From positions 1-64,000 of the IMG/VR virus record IMGVR_UViG_3300023174_000078: a DNA stretch of 64,000 nucleotides; one strand, given 5' to 3'. The notes under the pieces are model-generated. The model saw nothing but the letters and a program-made list of their open reading frames with translations, did no database searches and had not been told where the DNA came from. This DNA is from a virus. Each line of letters starts with the position of its first letter. Position 1 is the stretch's first letter. Position numbers and translations under genes: made by a program. Below are positions 36,530-45,989 of this stretch, piece after piece.

Positions 36530-38229
36530 ATAAATCCCAAATAGACGAGATACTTTCGAAAGTACAGAAGCAAGCGTCTGCAGTTGCTAAGGTTCGCTCC
36601 ATTCTGCCTAATCGTAAAGTTGATGCAAACGATAACGGCATACCAGACGATGAAGAGGAATATGTTCCTGTAGGAGTTAAGGGATTACTATCTGCATCTC
36701 AGAAACTGCTGGCTGTGAACCGGGGTTTAGATAAACCTGACGAGCGAGATAGTTTATTATTTAAAAGAATATTAACTACAGATCGTTTATTATCTGAACG
36801 TGTGCGTTTAGATAGTGACAGAGTACGTGGTTCTATGATGCCTCTTATTGCGCGACATAAGAATCTTAAAGCTGTAGGACCATTTGCTTTTGACTCTTAC
36901 ATGGAGAAATTTCTGATTGGTAATCCGCTGTCCTCGCCACTAGAAGAGATTAATCCGTTACATCTTTTGGAGCAATCCCGTAGAGCCACACAGATGGGAC
37001 CTGGCGGTATTGGGACTGACAACGCTATAACGGAAGATATGCAAGCTATTCGCGTTGATCAGTTTGGATTTATTTCAACTTTAGAAGGACCGGAGTGCGC
37101 GGACTCAGAGACAAAAGTTTTTACTAAAAGAGGCTGGTTACTCTGGCCTGAAGTTAAGGACGACGACCTATTTGCCTGTGTTGTTGATGATCGTATGCAG
37201 TTCCTTCCTGCTTCCCGAATCGTAAGGGAACATTATGAAGGCGAATTGATCAGTATAGTTCATAGGTATTTTTCAGCTTTACTCACACCAGGGCATAGAC
37301 TGTTGTACACGACATCTGGAAATTGTAAAAGCTTCGAATCTTACAAGATTAAAACAGCTGAGCAATTGTATGGTAAGAGAATTATAATACCTTCGTGGTC
37401 CCCTGCCTATTGTGGAAATGCAGATGTTACGCATATCGATACTCCTTACGGTCCTATTCCTGTAGATGACATGGGAGAATTTTTGGGATGGTTTCTCAGT
37501 GAGGGGAGCTGCGGAACTTATAATACGGCAAAAGGTAAAAGTTATGTTGTGGCTATAAGCCAGTGTCCTTTAGCTAATCCTGTAAATTATGAAAGAATTA
37601 AAAGTCTTTTAGAGAGAATGGGTATAAAGTATTCAGCAGGCGAACATTCTTTAAATATATATTCGAAATCATTTTTACAATTTATTGAAGGTTGGGTTCC
37701 AAATTGTAGTGGATGTAAGGTTAAGCGCTTTCCGCAGGATGTATTTGACTGGCCGTTGTCTGCTCGTAGTCGTATTTGGGAATCTTACAGATTGGGGGAC
37801 GGAAGATCTAACAAAGATGCTTCCGTCGCCACCTCGTCTAAGTATATGAGTGTTGATATGGAAAATTTTATTGTTACTCTTGGCAATATGAGCACGCGCA
37901 AGCTGCAGCGGGATGGTATGTATGTGGTTAGGCGCTTGCAATGTCCCGAGGCGCATATATTACCGAGGCATTGGAGTCGTGTTAATTACTCCGGTACTGT
38001 ATACTGCGCCACTGTACCAGGCGGTAGACTCTTGTTCTCAAGAAATGGGCAGACGCCATTCTGGTCTGGCAATAGCGAGAAAATAGGAATAGATGTTCGC
38101 CTGGCCTGGGGTTCTAAAATAGGTTCAGATGGAAGACCTTATCAAAAGTTCCTTAATCGTAAAACAGGTAAATACCAGTGGATGAGCCCGGAGGATCTCG
38201 ACGGCTTGACTGTTAAATTACCTGATTAA
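36526..38229 (+). CDS. rpoB: RNA polymerase beta subunit, middle piece (Rif-pocket/fork region) with intein
   Basis: NPLSSPLEEINPL..LEQSRRATQMGPGG...FGFISTLEGPE-intein-SEKIG aligns to RpoB SQLSQFMDQNNPL..ITHKRRISALGPGG...YGRVCPIETPEGPNIG. Confidence 0.88.
   Translation: MNKSQIDEILSKVQKQASAVAKVRSILPNRKVDANDNGIPDDEEEYVPVGVKGLLSASQKLLAVNRGLDKPDERDSLLFKRILTTDRLLSERVRLDSDRVRGSMMPLIARHKNLKAVGPFAFDSYMEKFLIGNPLSSPLEEINPLHLLEQSRRATQMGPGGIGTDNAITEDMQAIRVDQFGFISTLEGPECADSETKVFTKRGWLLWPEVKDDDLFACVVDDRMQFLPASRIVREHYEGELISIVHRYFSALLTPGHRLLYTTSGNCKSFESYKIKTAEQLYGKRIIIPSWSPAYCGNADVTHIDTPYGPIPVDDMGEFLGWFLSEGSCGTYNTAKGKSYVVAISQCPLANPVNYERIKSLLERMGIKYSAGEHSLNIYSKSFLQFIEGWVPNCSGCKVKRFPQDVFDWPLSARSRIWESYRLGDGRSNKDASVATSSKYMSVDMENFIVTLGNMSTRKLQRDGMYVVRRLQCPEAHILPRHWSRVNYSGTVYCATVPGGRLLFSRNGQTPFWSGNSEKIGIDVRLAWGSKIGSDGRPYQKFLNRKTGKYQWMSPEDLDGLTVKLPD
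37096..38073 (+). mobile_element. LAGLIDADG intein in RNAP beta (326 aa; C1...GN/S+1)
   Basis: CADSETKVFTKRGW, LTPGH, FLGWFLSEG, YRLGDG, VYCATVPG...WSGN. Confidence 0.9.
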
Positions 38230-38310
38230 TATTGTGTAACGAAATTGGTTCTTAAATAGAATGTCCTTGACTTAAAAACCAAATTACGTTTTATTAACGA
38301 CACACATTAT

Positions 38311-38787
38311 ATGAATTCGCACACCAAATTGACAGCTTCAGTATTCCTTATTAAAAGAGCATTTGCCAACTACCTTGGTATGGGCGGAGCTGCTGATACA
38401 GGCGGTTATGCGGAACCTGCGCCCACCGCTACAGCTGCGCGGCTTCCTACGACTATTAATCCGAACTACGCTAACGCACGCGGCAGAGGTATAGGCAGTA
38501 TTCAACCCATGGAAAGAGCGCAACCTAGCGCGGCTATCAAAGGTTTAGCTACGCACAATCTGGGAGCTAATTCCAGTAATGTAAATCCCACGAAGCCGCC
38601 AACCGCATCCCCAGCAGCTAACACAGACCTGAACGCTACGTTTAAAAAGTATATGGGCTCGGCCTTTGATCCTAATAGTAAGCTGGATCAGTCTAAAATG
38701 AAATACCTGCAAGGGTTGGCTGATAAGGGTGTAACCATGAATGCCGCTAATATCTATGACAAAGGACAAGGCTACGGTAAGTTTTAA
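38311..38787 (+). CDS. Putative virion protein with K-x-A leader
   Basis: TKLTASVFLIKRA leader shared with ORF 44058; Ala/Pro-rich. Confidence 0.55.
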   Translation: MNSHTKLTASVFLIKRAFANYLGMGGAADTGGYAEPAPTATAARLPTTINPNYANARGRGIGSIQPMERAQPSAAIKGLATHNLGANSSNVNPTKPPTASPAANTDLNATFKKYMGSAFDPNSKLDQSKMKYLQGLADKGVTMNAANIYDKGQGYGKF

Positions 38788-38796
38788 ATTACCACT

Positions 38797-38824
38797 TGCT
38801 TAAATAACAGACACACATATACTC
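38797..38824 (+). promoter_or_regulatory. Sigma70-like promoter
   Basis: TTGCTT-N16-TATACT immediately upstream of ATG 38832. Confidence 0.45.
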
Positions 38825-38831
38825 ATTTATT

Positions 38832-39020
38832 ATGTCAAAAGAAATCACTCCAGACCTCATCCGCCAAGCCAAATACGAAGGTTTTATTCGTCACACATCC
38901 GCTACGTATGACAAAGATACTACTGGGCAAAAATTTGCTGACTATGTAGAAAAAGACAAAGCAAGAGAACAAAAATTTGTAGAGCTTCGTGGTAATATCC
39001 TCGAAGGATTGCAGGCATAA
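38832..39020 (+). CDS. Small hypothetical protein
   Basis: 62-aa ORF with promoter-like sequence upstream. Confidence 0.65.
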   Translation: MSKEITPDLIRQAKYEGFIRHTSATYDKDTTGQKFADYVEKDKAREQKFVELRGNILEGLQA

Positions 39021-39037
39021 TTTTGATGCATATTTTC

Positions 39038-39075
39038 ACCTCCGTGGTATAATACTGTTACCACGGAGGTTTTTT
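39038..39075 (+). terminator. Hairpin plus T-run, overlapping a TGGTATAAT box
   Basis: ACCTCCGTGGTA/TACCACGGAGGT-TTTTT. Confidence 0.6.
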
Positions 39076-39468
39076 ATGCCTAAATCTAAGTCTACGACTC
39101 CTAATAGCGCAAAAAGTAACAAGAAGGTTAAGCTCGTAGAAACAAAACTAGGGCATAGGCGGTCTCTTGGTTTATGGGAGCAGGTTGATAATCGAACATC
39201 AATGATCACGATTGATGCGCGCTTAAAAGGCTTTCAGAGATTGTTGATTGTATTGCACGAAGCGCTGCACGAAACGTGTCGCGATTGGACTGAGGAAAAA
39301 GTTGTGGATGTAAGCGAATTTTTAGCTCGCATTCTTTGGGAATGCGACTATAGACATGTCGATCATTCCGGGGAGGCTGAACCTTCGTATGAGACGCCTA
39401 TTAAAAAAGATAAAAAAAAGACTGGGGCTAAAACCAAGGAGATATGGGATACAAAAAACCAAAGCTAG
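39076..39468 (+). CDS. HExxH metallopeptidase-like protein
   Basis: LGLW...ITIDARL....LIVLHEALHE...EEKV; start ATG 39076. Confidence 0.6.
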   Translation: MPKSKSTTPNSAKSNKKVKLVETKLGHRRSLGLWEQVDNRTSMITIDARLKGFQRLLIVLHEALHETCRDWTEEKVVDVSEFLARILWECDYRHVDHSGEAEPSYETPIKKDKKKTGAKTKEIWDTKNQS

Positions 39469-40145
39469 GACCATTCGCTACCCCGGCGCAGACACAGCGC
39501 TGGCTTAAGTGTGTAAACAGCTGGGCTAAGGCGAATAATAAAAATCAAACTGACATTTCGAATACGCTTGGATTCTCTAGCAGATCCGCGTGGTATCGGT
39601 TGTTGCAGGGCATTAATAAGCGCGCCCGTCTAACTTTAGTGAGATCCTCAACGCAGCAGTTGTGTCTGGATGCGAATTTCATTAATGGCATCTATGATTT
39701 CAAGGCTAAGTTTTCTGAAGCGAGAAACATATTCACAGATTTTAAAGAGCTATACGCGAACTGTATTAGCAACGGCAATCAGTATCAGGCATCGCAGATT
39801 GTACGTAAGGCGGCTATGTTTCTTTTTGAGACATTGGTTCCTAAAGATATGATTCTATCTTTAGAATTCATTAACAGAAAGAATGAGTACGAGACAGCTA
39901 AGATTTGTTGCAGCTCAGACGAAAGTATTTTCTATGACATAGTAATATTTGGAGGCCATATGTGTGTTATGTTCACTTTATCTAAGCAATTGGGAAATAT
40001 GAGTGTGCCTATAATGGAAGGTGATCTAGATATTCATGCGGTTAGCGCTATTAAACATCAAGTATCTGTAGGCAAGAAAAAGTACTATAAGTCACAGAAG
40101 AGTATTGATAAGTTTGCAGATAATGCTAAAAAATTCACTATATAA
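39444..40145 (+). CDS. XRE-like HTH protein
   Basis: NQTDISNTLGFSSRSAWYRLLQG. Confidence 0.55.
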   Translation: MGYKKPKLGPFATPAQTQRWLKCVNSWAKANNKNQTDISNTLGFSSRSAWYRLLQGINKRARLTLVRSSTQQLCLDANFINGIYDFKAKFSEARNIFTDFKELYANCISNGNQYQASQIVRKAAMFLFETLVPKDMILSLEFINRKNEYETAKICCSSDESIFYDIVIFGGHMCVMFTLSKQLGNMSVPIMEGDLDIHAVSAIKHQVSVGKKKYYKSQKSIDKFADNAKKFTI

Positions 40146-40147
40146 TT

Positions 40148-40729
40148 ATGTCATTAGGTATTGATACTGCGGTTGAAAGAACGCCACCGAATGTTGCGGC
40201 TATGAAGATGTTCAAAGATAAGTTGTTGCAGGGGCACAAAGTCACTGCAGCACAATTTGGCGTTGAGCTACCTGACATGACAGTCCAGGATAATGTTGTA
40301 TATGTTACTGACACTGATGACGATGAATCAGTTTTAACAGATAATTTAACCGAGAATGATAATTATCAAGATCCAGATGCGCTGACTCATATGAATAATA
40401 CAGCATTGGGGCAAGAACGTATAATGGCAAAGAAAGATCCCGTACAGATGTTAGCAGAGTACTTAGAGCAAACGCCAGCGAAGGAAGAGGTTAAGATTGT
40501 GGGTCCTTTTGGTAAGCTTGGCTTTAGGGCTTTGAATGTCAGTATAACTGAATTCGGCGTTGCCTTCATAATTAAAAAAGAAGCAATACAGTTTGAGCCA
40601 AATATAAATACAGAATTGACTATACAATACCGAGGCCAAGACTATTCTGTAATTTATGCAGGCGGGTTCTTTACTTTTCCAAAAATCCCTTTTACATTTG
40701 TATCTTTCCTACGCATTCAACCTGACTAA
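40148..40729 (+). CDS. Hypothetical protein
   Basis: 193-aa ORF in operon. Confidence 0.75.
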   Translation: MSLGIDTAVERTPPNVAAMKMFKDKLLQGHKVTAAQFGVELPDMTVQDNVVYVTDTDDDESVLTDNLTENDNYQDPDALTHMNNTALGQERIMAKKDPVQMLAEYLEQTPAKEEVKIVGPFGKLGFRALNVSITEFGVAFIIKKEAIQFEPNINTELTIQYRGQDYSVIYAGGFFTFPKIPFTFVSFLRIQPD

Positions 40730-40731
40730 TT

Positions 40732-40902
40732 ATGATTAAAGAAGGAGTTGTTATAAAAAACAAAACATTGTGTCCTAGCACAGGAAAACCTTGTGACTGT
40801 AATAATCCCAACGTTGAATGTGAAAGAGACAAGTATAAAAAGGCGTCGTTGCAGCAGCTCAGCAGCGAACTCGATGACAAAAAAGATTTTATTAAATTTT
40901 AA
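40732..40902 (+). CDS. Small Cys-rich protein (56 aa, below ORF-track cutoff)
   Basis: MIKEGVVIKNKTLCPSTGKPCDCNNPNVECERDKYKKASLQQLSSELDDKKDFIKF*; fills the gap before the portal gene. Confidence 0.65.
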   Translation: MIKEGVVIKNKTLCPSTGKPCDCNNPNVECERDKYKKASLQQLSSELDDKKDFIKF

Positions 40903-40904
40903 TT

Positions 40905-43673
40905 ATGGTCAATTATCCCGGCGACAATGACGCATTTGCAGTTTGGACAGGTAAGAATCGCGTATTCGCAGATCCGTTCTTACTTCCTAGTAGTACAGCA
41001 ATACCTACTGAACTTCAGTCGGCTTTAGACTTTTGTTTATTTTTATATTATCTAAACCCCCTTTATCGCCGCGCTTCCACGCGCGTAATCAGTCACTTTG
41101 TTACAGATATTGATTTTGTTGGTAAGGATGGTGACCAGGATGAGCGGGATGAATTCAAAAATTTCCTGATTAATGAGTTGGATATCTTTGGCGCTTTACT
41201 TGAGGTGGGGCAGGAGTGGAGCTGCTTTCAAGGCGACACTAAAGTTGTTACGCAAGAAGGTTCTGTACCTATTAAATCTTTGACAGGTCGGAGAGTCAAT
41301 GTGTTGTCTAGAGATGGTATTTATAGACCGGCAGATTTTAAGTCTTACGGTGTTCAGTCCCTAATGGAGATTGAGTTCAGTGATGGGCGTATGGTGTACG
41401 CTACACCTGAACATAAATGGTATGTTAAAAATTGTTCTGGTAAGGAAGTTACTGTTACTACGGCCCAACTTAAAAATAGACATCGCATAAAAAGGACATT
41501 AGCGCCCCGTCCTGAAAAGAACGAAGAGTACCACGAAGGTGTGCGTCATGGTTTTATTTTTGGCGATGGTGCAAGAGCTGGTGCCGGATCTGCAGCGCTA
41601 TTTTGTGGTAAAAAGGATGAAGCTTTGTTGTCTTATTTCACAGGCTATGGTAATAAATACAGAGTACGCAAGGATCGCACACAGGTTGGGCGTATGTCCG
41701 GGTTCCCTGCTACGTATAAAGACTTACCTGCTGTAGATGAAAGCGCGAGCTACTGGTACGGCTTTGTGAGTGGTTTCTTGGCGGCTGACGGGACTGTAGA
41801 CACTTACGGCTGTGCTATGCTCACGCAGATCAAGAGAAACACGTTAGAGGCCATTGAGGCGCAGCTACCTAGGATTGGCATGTGCGCTGGTCCTATTCGC
41901 GCGCAGAGACGCGACACGCAACCGGGACTGCATCTAGGCAACGCTAAAGTTTATGACAGCACCATCCACTTTATGACGCTTCTCAAGCGGTTCATGCACG
42001 AAGATGATTTTATCATTCCCGCGCATAAAGAAAAGTTCATTAAAAACCGAAGTACTTCAGATAAATACGGCGAATATGTCGCTATTAAGTCTGTTAAAAT
42101 GACAGACAGGATAGAAGAAGTGTTCTGCTGTGTTGAGATGGAGACGCATTCAATGGTTGTCGACAATGGAATTTTAACTTCCCAATGCTACGGTAACGCA
42201 TTTCTAAGACTGCACCTACCTTTCGACCGTGTACTCATCGATCATAGAGACGGTAAATATAAAGAATACGCACTTCCGATGTTTGGTTCAGACGTGAAGT
42301 ATGATTATAAGGCCATGAAATATGATGTGCCTGATCCTACTACTTTTGATAGGCCAAAAGAGAAAAGATCCAGAGTAAAGCTGGATTTCATCGACCGCCC
42401 TTCCCGGGATAAATCACGGATTAAATTACGTAAATTGGATCCTAGACAGATTGTGCTGCAGCATTCATTTATGAGCGGTAAGCAGCAGATGATTTATCGT
42501 TTCGAGCCTGAGTGGGTTACTATGATTAAAAATAGTATCATGTATCAGGTGAACGAGACACCGATGAGCATGCTTAAAGCTATTGCGCTTGAGCAGGATT
42601 TCTTGTTTAATGAGGGACAAGTCTTCCACTTTAAGTCCCCTACTATTTCAGGTGTTTCTAATTACGGTTGGGGATTACCTGAAACCATAGCAAACTTTAG
42701 ACATATCCATCAACTGCAAGTGTTGCGTAAAATTGATGAGGCGGTAGGTCTGGATTATATGCTTCCTTTCCGTATGTTTCATCCCGTCCCTTCCGCGCAG
42801 GCAAGTGATCCTATGAATTATATGTTAATGAACCGGTGGGGTTCAGAGATTAGAGAAGTCATCAAGCGGCGCAGACTTGATCCTTTTGCAATGCATGCCT
42901 TACCATTTCCTGTAAGCTATCAGGAGTTTGGTGCTCAAGGTAAAAATCTGGCACCTAAAGAATTAGTAGAGTATCATAATAATGTGCTCTTAGATTCAAT
43001 GGGCTACCCGGCAGAGTTGTTTAAGGGTTCGTTACAAGTCCAACAAATTCCTACCGCTGTTCGTTTGTTTGAAAATTCATTTCATTTTGTACATCAAGGC
43101 TTTGATAGAATTGTGAAATGGGCGTCTGGTAGAATTTGTGATTATATTGGGCAACAACGCCTGGAAACCTCTCTGCAACTCCCGCGCCTTGCTGATGACC
43201 TCGAACGCCAGCGTGTATACATGCAATTGGCTGCAGGTGCAGAAATTCCACGGTCCATTGCTTATGGTCCTTTCGGCATCAAAGATCCTGTTGAGGCTGC
43301 TAAACAGCGCGCTCAAGAAGATATTGAAATCGAGAAAGAGCAAATAAAGCTGCAGGCTGATTTTCAAAGACAGCAACAGCTGGGCTCCATGGATACTATA
43401 TTGGCGCAGCAAGCGCAGCAAACAGCCGGTGGTAGCTCGCCTGCTGGTATGGAAGGTGCAGGGGATGGTGGCGATATGAACCCGCTTGACATCCAGAATA
43501 AAGCTGCTGAAATGGCACAGCAATGGTTGCAGATGCCTGTCGGTGAACGTCAGAAGCAAATGGCAGCTGTTCGCACTTCAAATCCAAACCTGCATGCAAT
43601 GGCTAAGCAAAAGATGGAAGAAATGAGATCTCAAGCGGAAAGCCAAGGTAGGCAGGCCTTATCACAACCTTAA
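40905..43673 (+). CDS. Putative portal protein with intein
   Basis: YYLNPLYRRA, QEWS-intein-CYGNAF, VFHFK...GWGLP, SMGYPAELF, Gln-rich tail; about 600 aa after splicing. Confidence 0.72.
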   Translation: MVNYPGDNDAFAVWTGKNRVFADPFLLPSSTAIPTELQSALDFCLFLYYLNPLYRRASTRVISHFVTDIDFVGKDGDQDERDEFKNFLINELDIFGALLEVGQEWSCFQGDTKVVTQEGSVPIKSLTGRRVNVLSRDGIYRPADFKSYGVQSLMEIEFSDGRMVYATPEHKWYVKNCSGKEVTVTTAQLKNRHRIKRTLAPRPEKNEEYHEGVRHGFIFGDGARAGAGSAALFCGKKDEALLSYFTGYGNKYRVRKDRTQVGRMSGFPATYKDLPAVDESASYWYGFVSGFLAADGTVDTYGCAMLTQIKRNTLEAIEAQLPRIGMCAGPIRAQRRDTQPGLHLGNAKVYDSTIHFMTLLKRFMHEDDFIIPAHKEKFIKNRSTSDKYGEYVAIKSVKMTDRIEEVFCCVEMETHSMVVDNGILTSQCYGNAFLRLHLPFDRVLIDHRDGKYKEYALPMFGSDVKYDYKAMKYDVPDPTTFDRPKEKRSRVKLDFIDRPSRDKSRIKLRKLDPRQIVLQHSFMSGKQQMIYRFEPEWVTMIKNSIMYQVNETPMSMLKAIALEQDFLFNEGQVFHFKSPTISGVSNYGWGLPETIANFRHIHQLQVLRKIDEAVGLDYMLPFRMFHPVPSAQASDPMNYMLMNRWGSEIREVIKRRRLDPFAMHALPFPVSYQEFGAQGKNLAPKELVEYHNNVLLDSMGYPAELFKGSLQVQQIPTAVRLFENSFHFVHQGFDRIVKWASGRICDYIGQQRLETSLQLPRLADDLERQRVYMQLAAGAEIPRSIAYGPFGIKDPVEAAKQRAQEDIEIEKEQIKLQADFQRQQQLGSMDTILAQQAQQTAGGSSPAGMEGAGDGGDMNPLDIQNKAAEMAQQWLQMPVGERQKQMAAVRTSNPNLHAMAKQKMEEMRSQAESQGRQALSQP
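41223..42185 (+). mobile_element. LAGLIDADG intein in portal (321 aa; C1...SQ/C+1)
   Basis: CFQGDTKVVT, ATPEHKW, GFIFGDG, GFLAADG, VFCCVEMETHSMVVDNGILTSQ. Confidence 0.9.
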
Positions 43674-43685
43674 TAAATAAATCAA

Positions 43686-44027
43686 ATGGAAAAAACTGAA
43701 ATCGACTGGGTAGACATGATGAACGTTGTTGCTGCAGATATTTATCAGAATGCAGTTAACAAAGGATTCTGGGACAAAGAGCGTAATGACGGTGAAGCTA
43801 TCGCGCTTATCCATTCAGAACTATCTGAGGCTCTAGAAGCTTTGAGGCACGGGAATCCTCCTGATGACAAAGTAAATGAATATACAGGAGTGGAAGCTGA
43901 ATTAGCAGATGCGATCATTCGTATCTGTGATCTGGCTTCTGGTAGAGGCTGGCGTGTGTTTGAAGCTATGGCCGCTAAGATGGACTACAACACAACGCGC
44001 GAAAGGCTACACGGAAAAGAATTCTAG
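43686..44027 (+). CDS. MazG-like nucleotide pyrophosphohydrolase
   Basis: IALIHSELSEALEALR...ELADAIIRICD...KMDYN.TR...HGK. Confidence 0.85.
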   Translation: MEKTEIDWVDMMNVVAADIYQNAVNKGFWDKERNDGEAIALIHSELSEALEALRHGNPPDDKVNEYTGVEAELADAIIRICDLASGRGWRVFEAMAAKMDYNTTRERLHGKEF

Positions 44028-44057
44028 TATATTTGTATTTGTCTTAACATCCATGGT

Positions 44058-44342
44058 ATGCTAAAATATACCATGGATGTTTTGACTAAACTAGCCGCAA
44101 GCTTTTATCTGCTTAAAAGAGCGGATCAAACTTGTATAGAAAAAGGACAATCTACGCAGGTCAAAAATTGGGACGCCATAAAGGGTATTCCCGGATCATC
44201 CGGTAATCAAAACTATACTGATCCTTGGCGTCCTAACCCTGAAGATATGCCAGTCGATATAGGCATTAATAATAAACAAATGGTTACTGGCACTGGCGGC
44301 GGTGCTTTAATCTATGGGCGTTACCGTAATGGAGACAGATAA
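44058..44342 (+). CDS. Putative virion protein with K-x-A leader
   Basis: TKLAASFYLLKRA (start may be ATG 44073). Confidence 0.55.
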   Translation: MLKYTMDVLTKLAASFYLLKRADQTCIEKGQSTQVKNWDAIKGIPGSSGNQNYTDPWRPNPEDMPVDIGINNKQMVTGTGGGALIYGRYRNGDR

Positions 44343-44344
44343 CA

Positions 44345-45334
44345 ATGACAAACGACCCGTCTCTAAGCGCGCTGTACACAGCTATTGATCCTGCTGTAAA
44401 AGGTAAGATCAAGAATAAAATATATGATTTTGCGACACCTGATTCGCAAACCATAACGACACCAAACCCTTTTTCGCCTAATAAAGCAGATAATATTGAG
44501 ATGTCGCCCCTGCAGTGGATGTCGACTTACGATGATGAATTCAAAAAACAGAATCCGCAATACGCGGCATTAAACGCTTATTATAACCCTTTTCAAAGTA
44601 ACAGATCGTTTGGTTACGTCATGGGTGATAACTTGAATAAACTGTATAAAGGCTATGGGCCTGTTATAGGTAATATTTTAAATAAAGGACCAGTGGCTGG
44701 TGGATTACTTGCAACCGCTCCAGGTTTGTTACTCGGCGCAGCTGGTACTGGTTTATTAAATTTATTGACTGGTAAATCAGTATCTAGTGATTTACTACGG
44801 AATGCATTGATTGGTGGTTTAGCTGCTGGGTCTTTGGGTGCCTACAGTGGATACTTGCGCAAATACAAACCGCAATGGGCTGAGCCGGAAGCAGCGCCTG
44901 AGCAGTGGACACAAGAAGAGCTTCAAAATATTCACGCGATGAATAGAGTCAAGGCTCTAACTGGTATGAATAAACAAAGCGGACATGTAAAATTCGCCGC
45001 TATGAGTTCCTCGGAGGCGCAGGCGCGAGTGGTCCAACTTATCCAATCTGCCCCGGGGTTATCATTTAATGAGAAAAGCCAACTCATCGCTGGTGTTTCT
45101 CAGTTATCTGGAAATGAAGTTTCGCAGTTGTCTAGTTCTTTAGTTGGATTTGGTGGTGCTGCGGTGGGTGCCATAGTGGCTAGGTTTTTAATGAATAAAG
45201 GTTTGATAGGTACAGTTTTAGGCGCTATTTTTGGGGGAGCAATTGCTAAGTCTGTATTTGGGCCTTCAGTGACCAGGAACGATTTAGGACAGCCTTCTTT
45301 ACAAGGTAGAAATTTATTAGGACAATATCTTTAA
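44345..45334 (+). CDS. Gly-zipper hydrophobic protein, putative virion/ejection protein
   Basis: GLLLGAAGTG, GGLAAGSLG, GAAVGAIV, GTVLGAIFGG; KFAA. Confidence 0.6.
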   Translation: MTNDPSLSALYTAIDPAVKGKIKNKIYDFATPDSQTITTPNPFSPNKADNIEMSPLQWMSTYDDEFKKQNPQYAALNAYYNPFQSNRSFGYVMGDNLNKLYKGYGPVIGNILNKGPVAGGLLATAPGLLLGAAGTGLLNLLTGKSVSSDLLRNALIGGLAAGSLGAYSGYLRKYKPQWAEPEAAPEQWTQEELQNIHAMNRVKALTGMNKQSGHVKFAAMSSSEAQARVVQLIQSAPGLSFNEKSQLIAGVSQLSGNEVSQLSSSLVGFGGAAVGAIVARFLMNKGLIGTVLGAIFGGAIAKSVFGPSVTRNDLGQPSLQGRNLLGQYL

Positions 45335-45335
45335 T

Positions 45336-45983
45336 ATGAATGATTCATCATTTTTTAATTTAGGCGTTAAATTAGCGGCCTCTGCACGTGGACGTGATCC
45401 CCAAAATCTTGTAACTATTTCCGGTTTAGTTTCTACCATTGATAATCCCAAAGAAGCAAACTATGGATTTGTGCAGAAGATTATGTGCAAGGTTGCTGCA
45501 CATGCATTCGAAGAAGCTGGTCGTAAAAACGAAATAGAGTATCATATTTTTGAAAAGTTAGCACACACGGCCATGTGGTACCCCGAGTTAGACAAGTACT
45601 CGAATGCGGCGTTATCTGCGCTTGGTAAGATCGCCCTCGAGCACGAACAACAAATTAAAGAAGCGTCCAATGAAGAGATAACAAAACAAGCTCAGAATTT
45701 ACTTCCCGGATTACTAGCGATGGCTGGAAAATCTACCCCAGAGGTTATTAAAGCTGTAGCCGGGGCAGGCGCTCTTGGCGGGGGTGTCACAGGTGGGTTG
45801 TACTGGTTGCTTAATAGACATGCGCAAGAAGACGAAGACGAAGCAGAAGTAATCAAGGCTAAAATTGATTATTACAATAAAATTTCAGATGAGATCAAAA
45901 GACAATTAAGAACTCAAAAATTAGCACCTGCGCAGCTAGCTGCACAAGTTCAAGACATAGTAGATCGCGAAAACTTATTTTAA
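45336..45983 (+). CDS. Putative virion protein
   Basis: KLAAS, EKLAH, KEAS, KQAQ; GAGALGGGVTGG. Confidence 0.6.
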   Translation: MNDSSFFNLGVKLAASARGRDPQNLVTISGLVSTIDNPKEANYGFVQKIMCKVAAHAFEEAGRKNEIEYHIFEKLAHTAMWYPELDKYSNAALSALGKIALEHEQQIKEASNEEITKQAQNLLPGLLAMAGKSTPEVIKAVAGAGALGGGVTGGLYWLLNRHAQEDEDEAEVIKAKIDYYNKISDEIKRQLRTQKLAPAQLAAQVQDIVDRENLF

Positions 45984-45989
45984 TACTGC

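Noticed and set aside
35509-36535. ATGAATAA shared at the starts of three consecutive genes as an insertion scar
   Set aside because: Only 8-9 bp of AT-rich sequence; chance or start-codon context bias is sufficient
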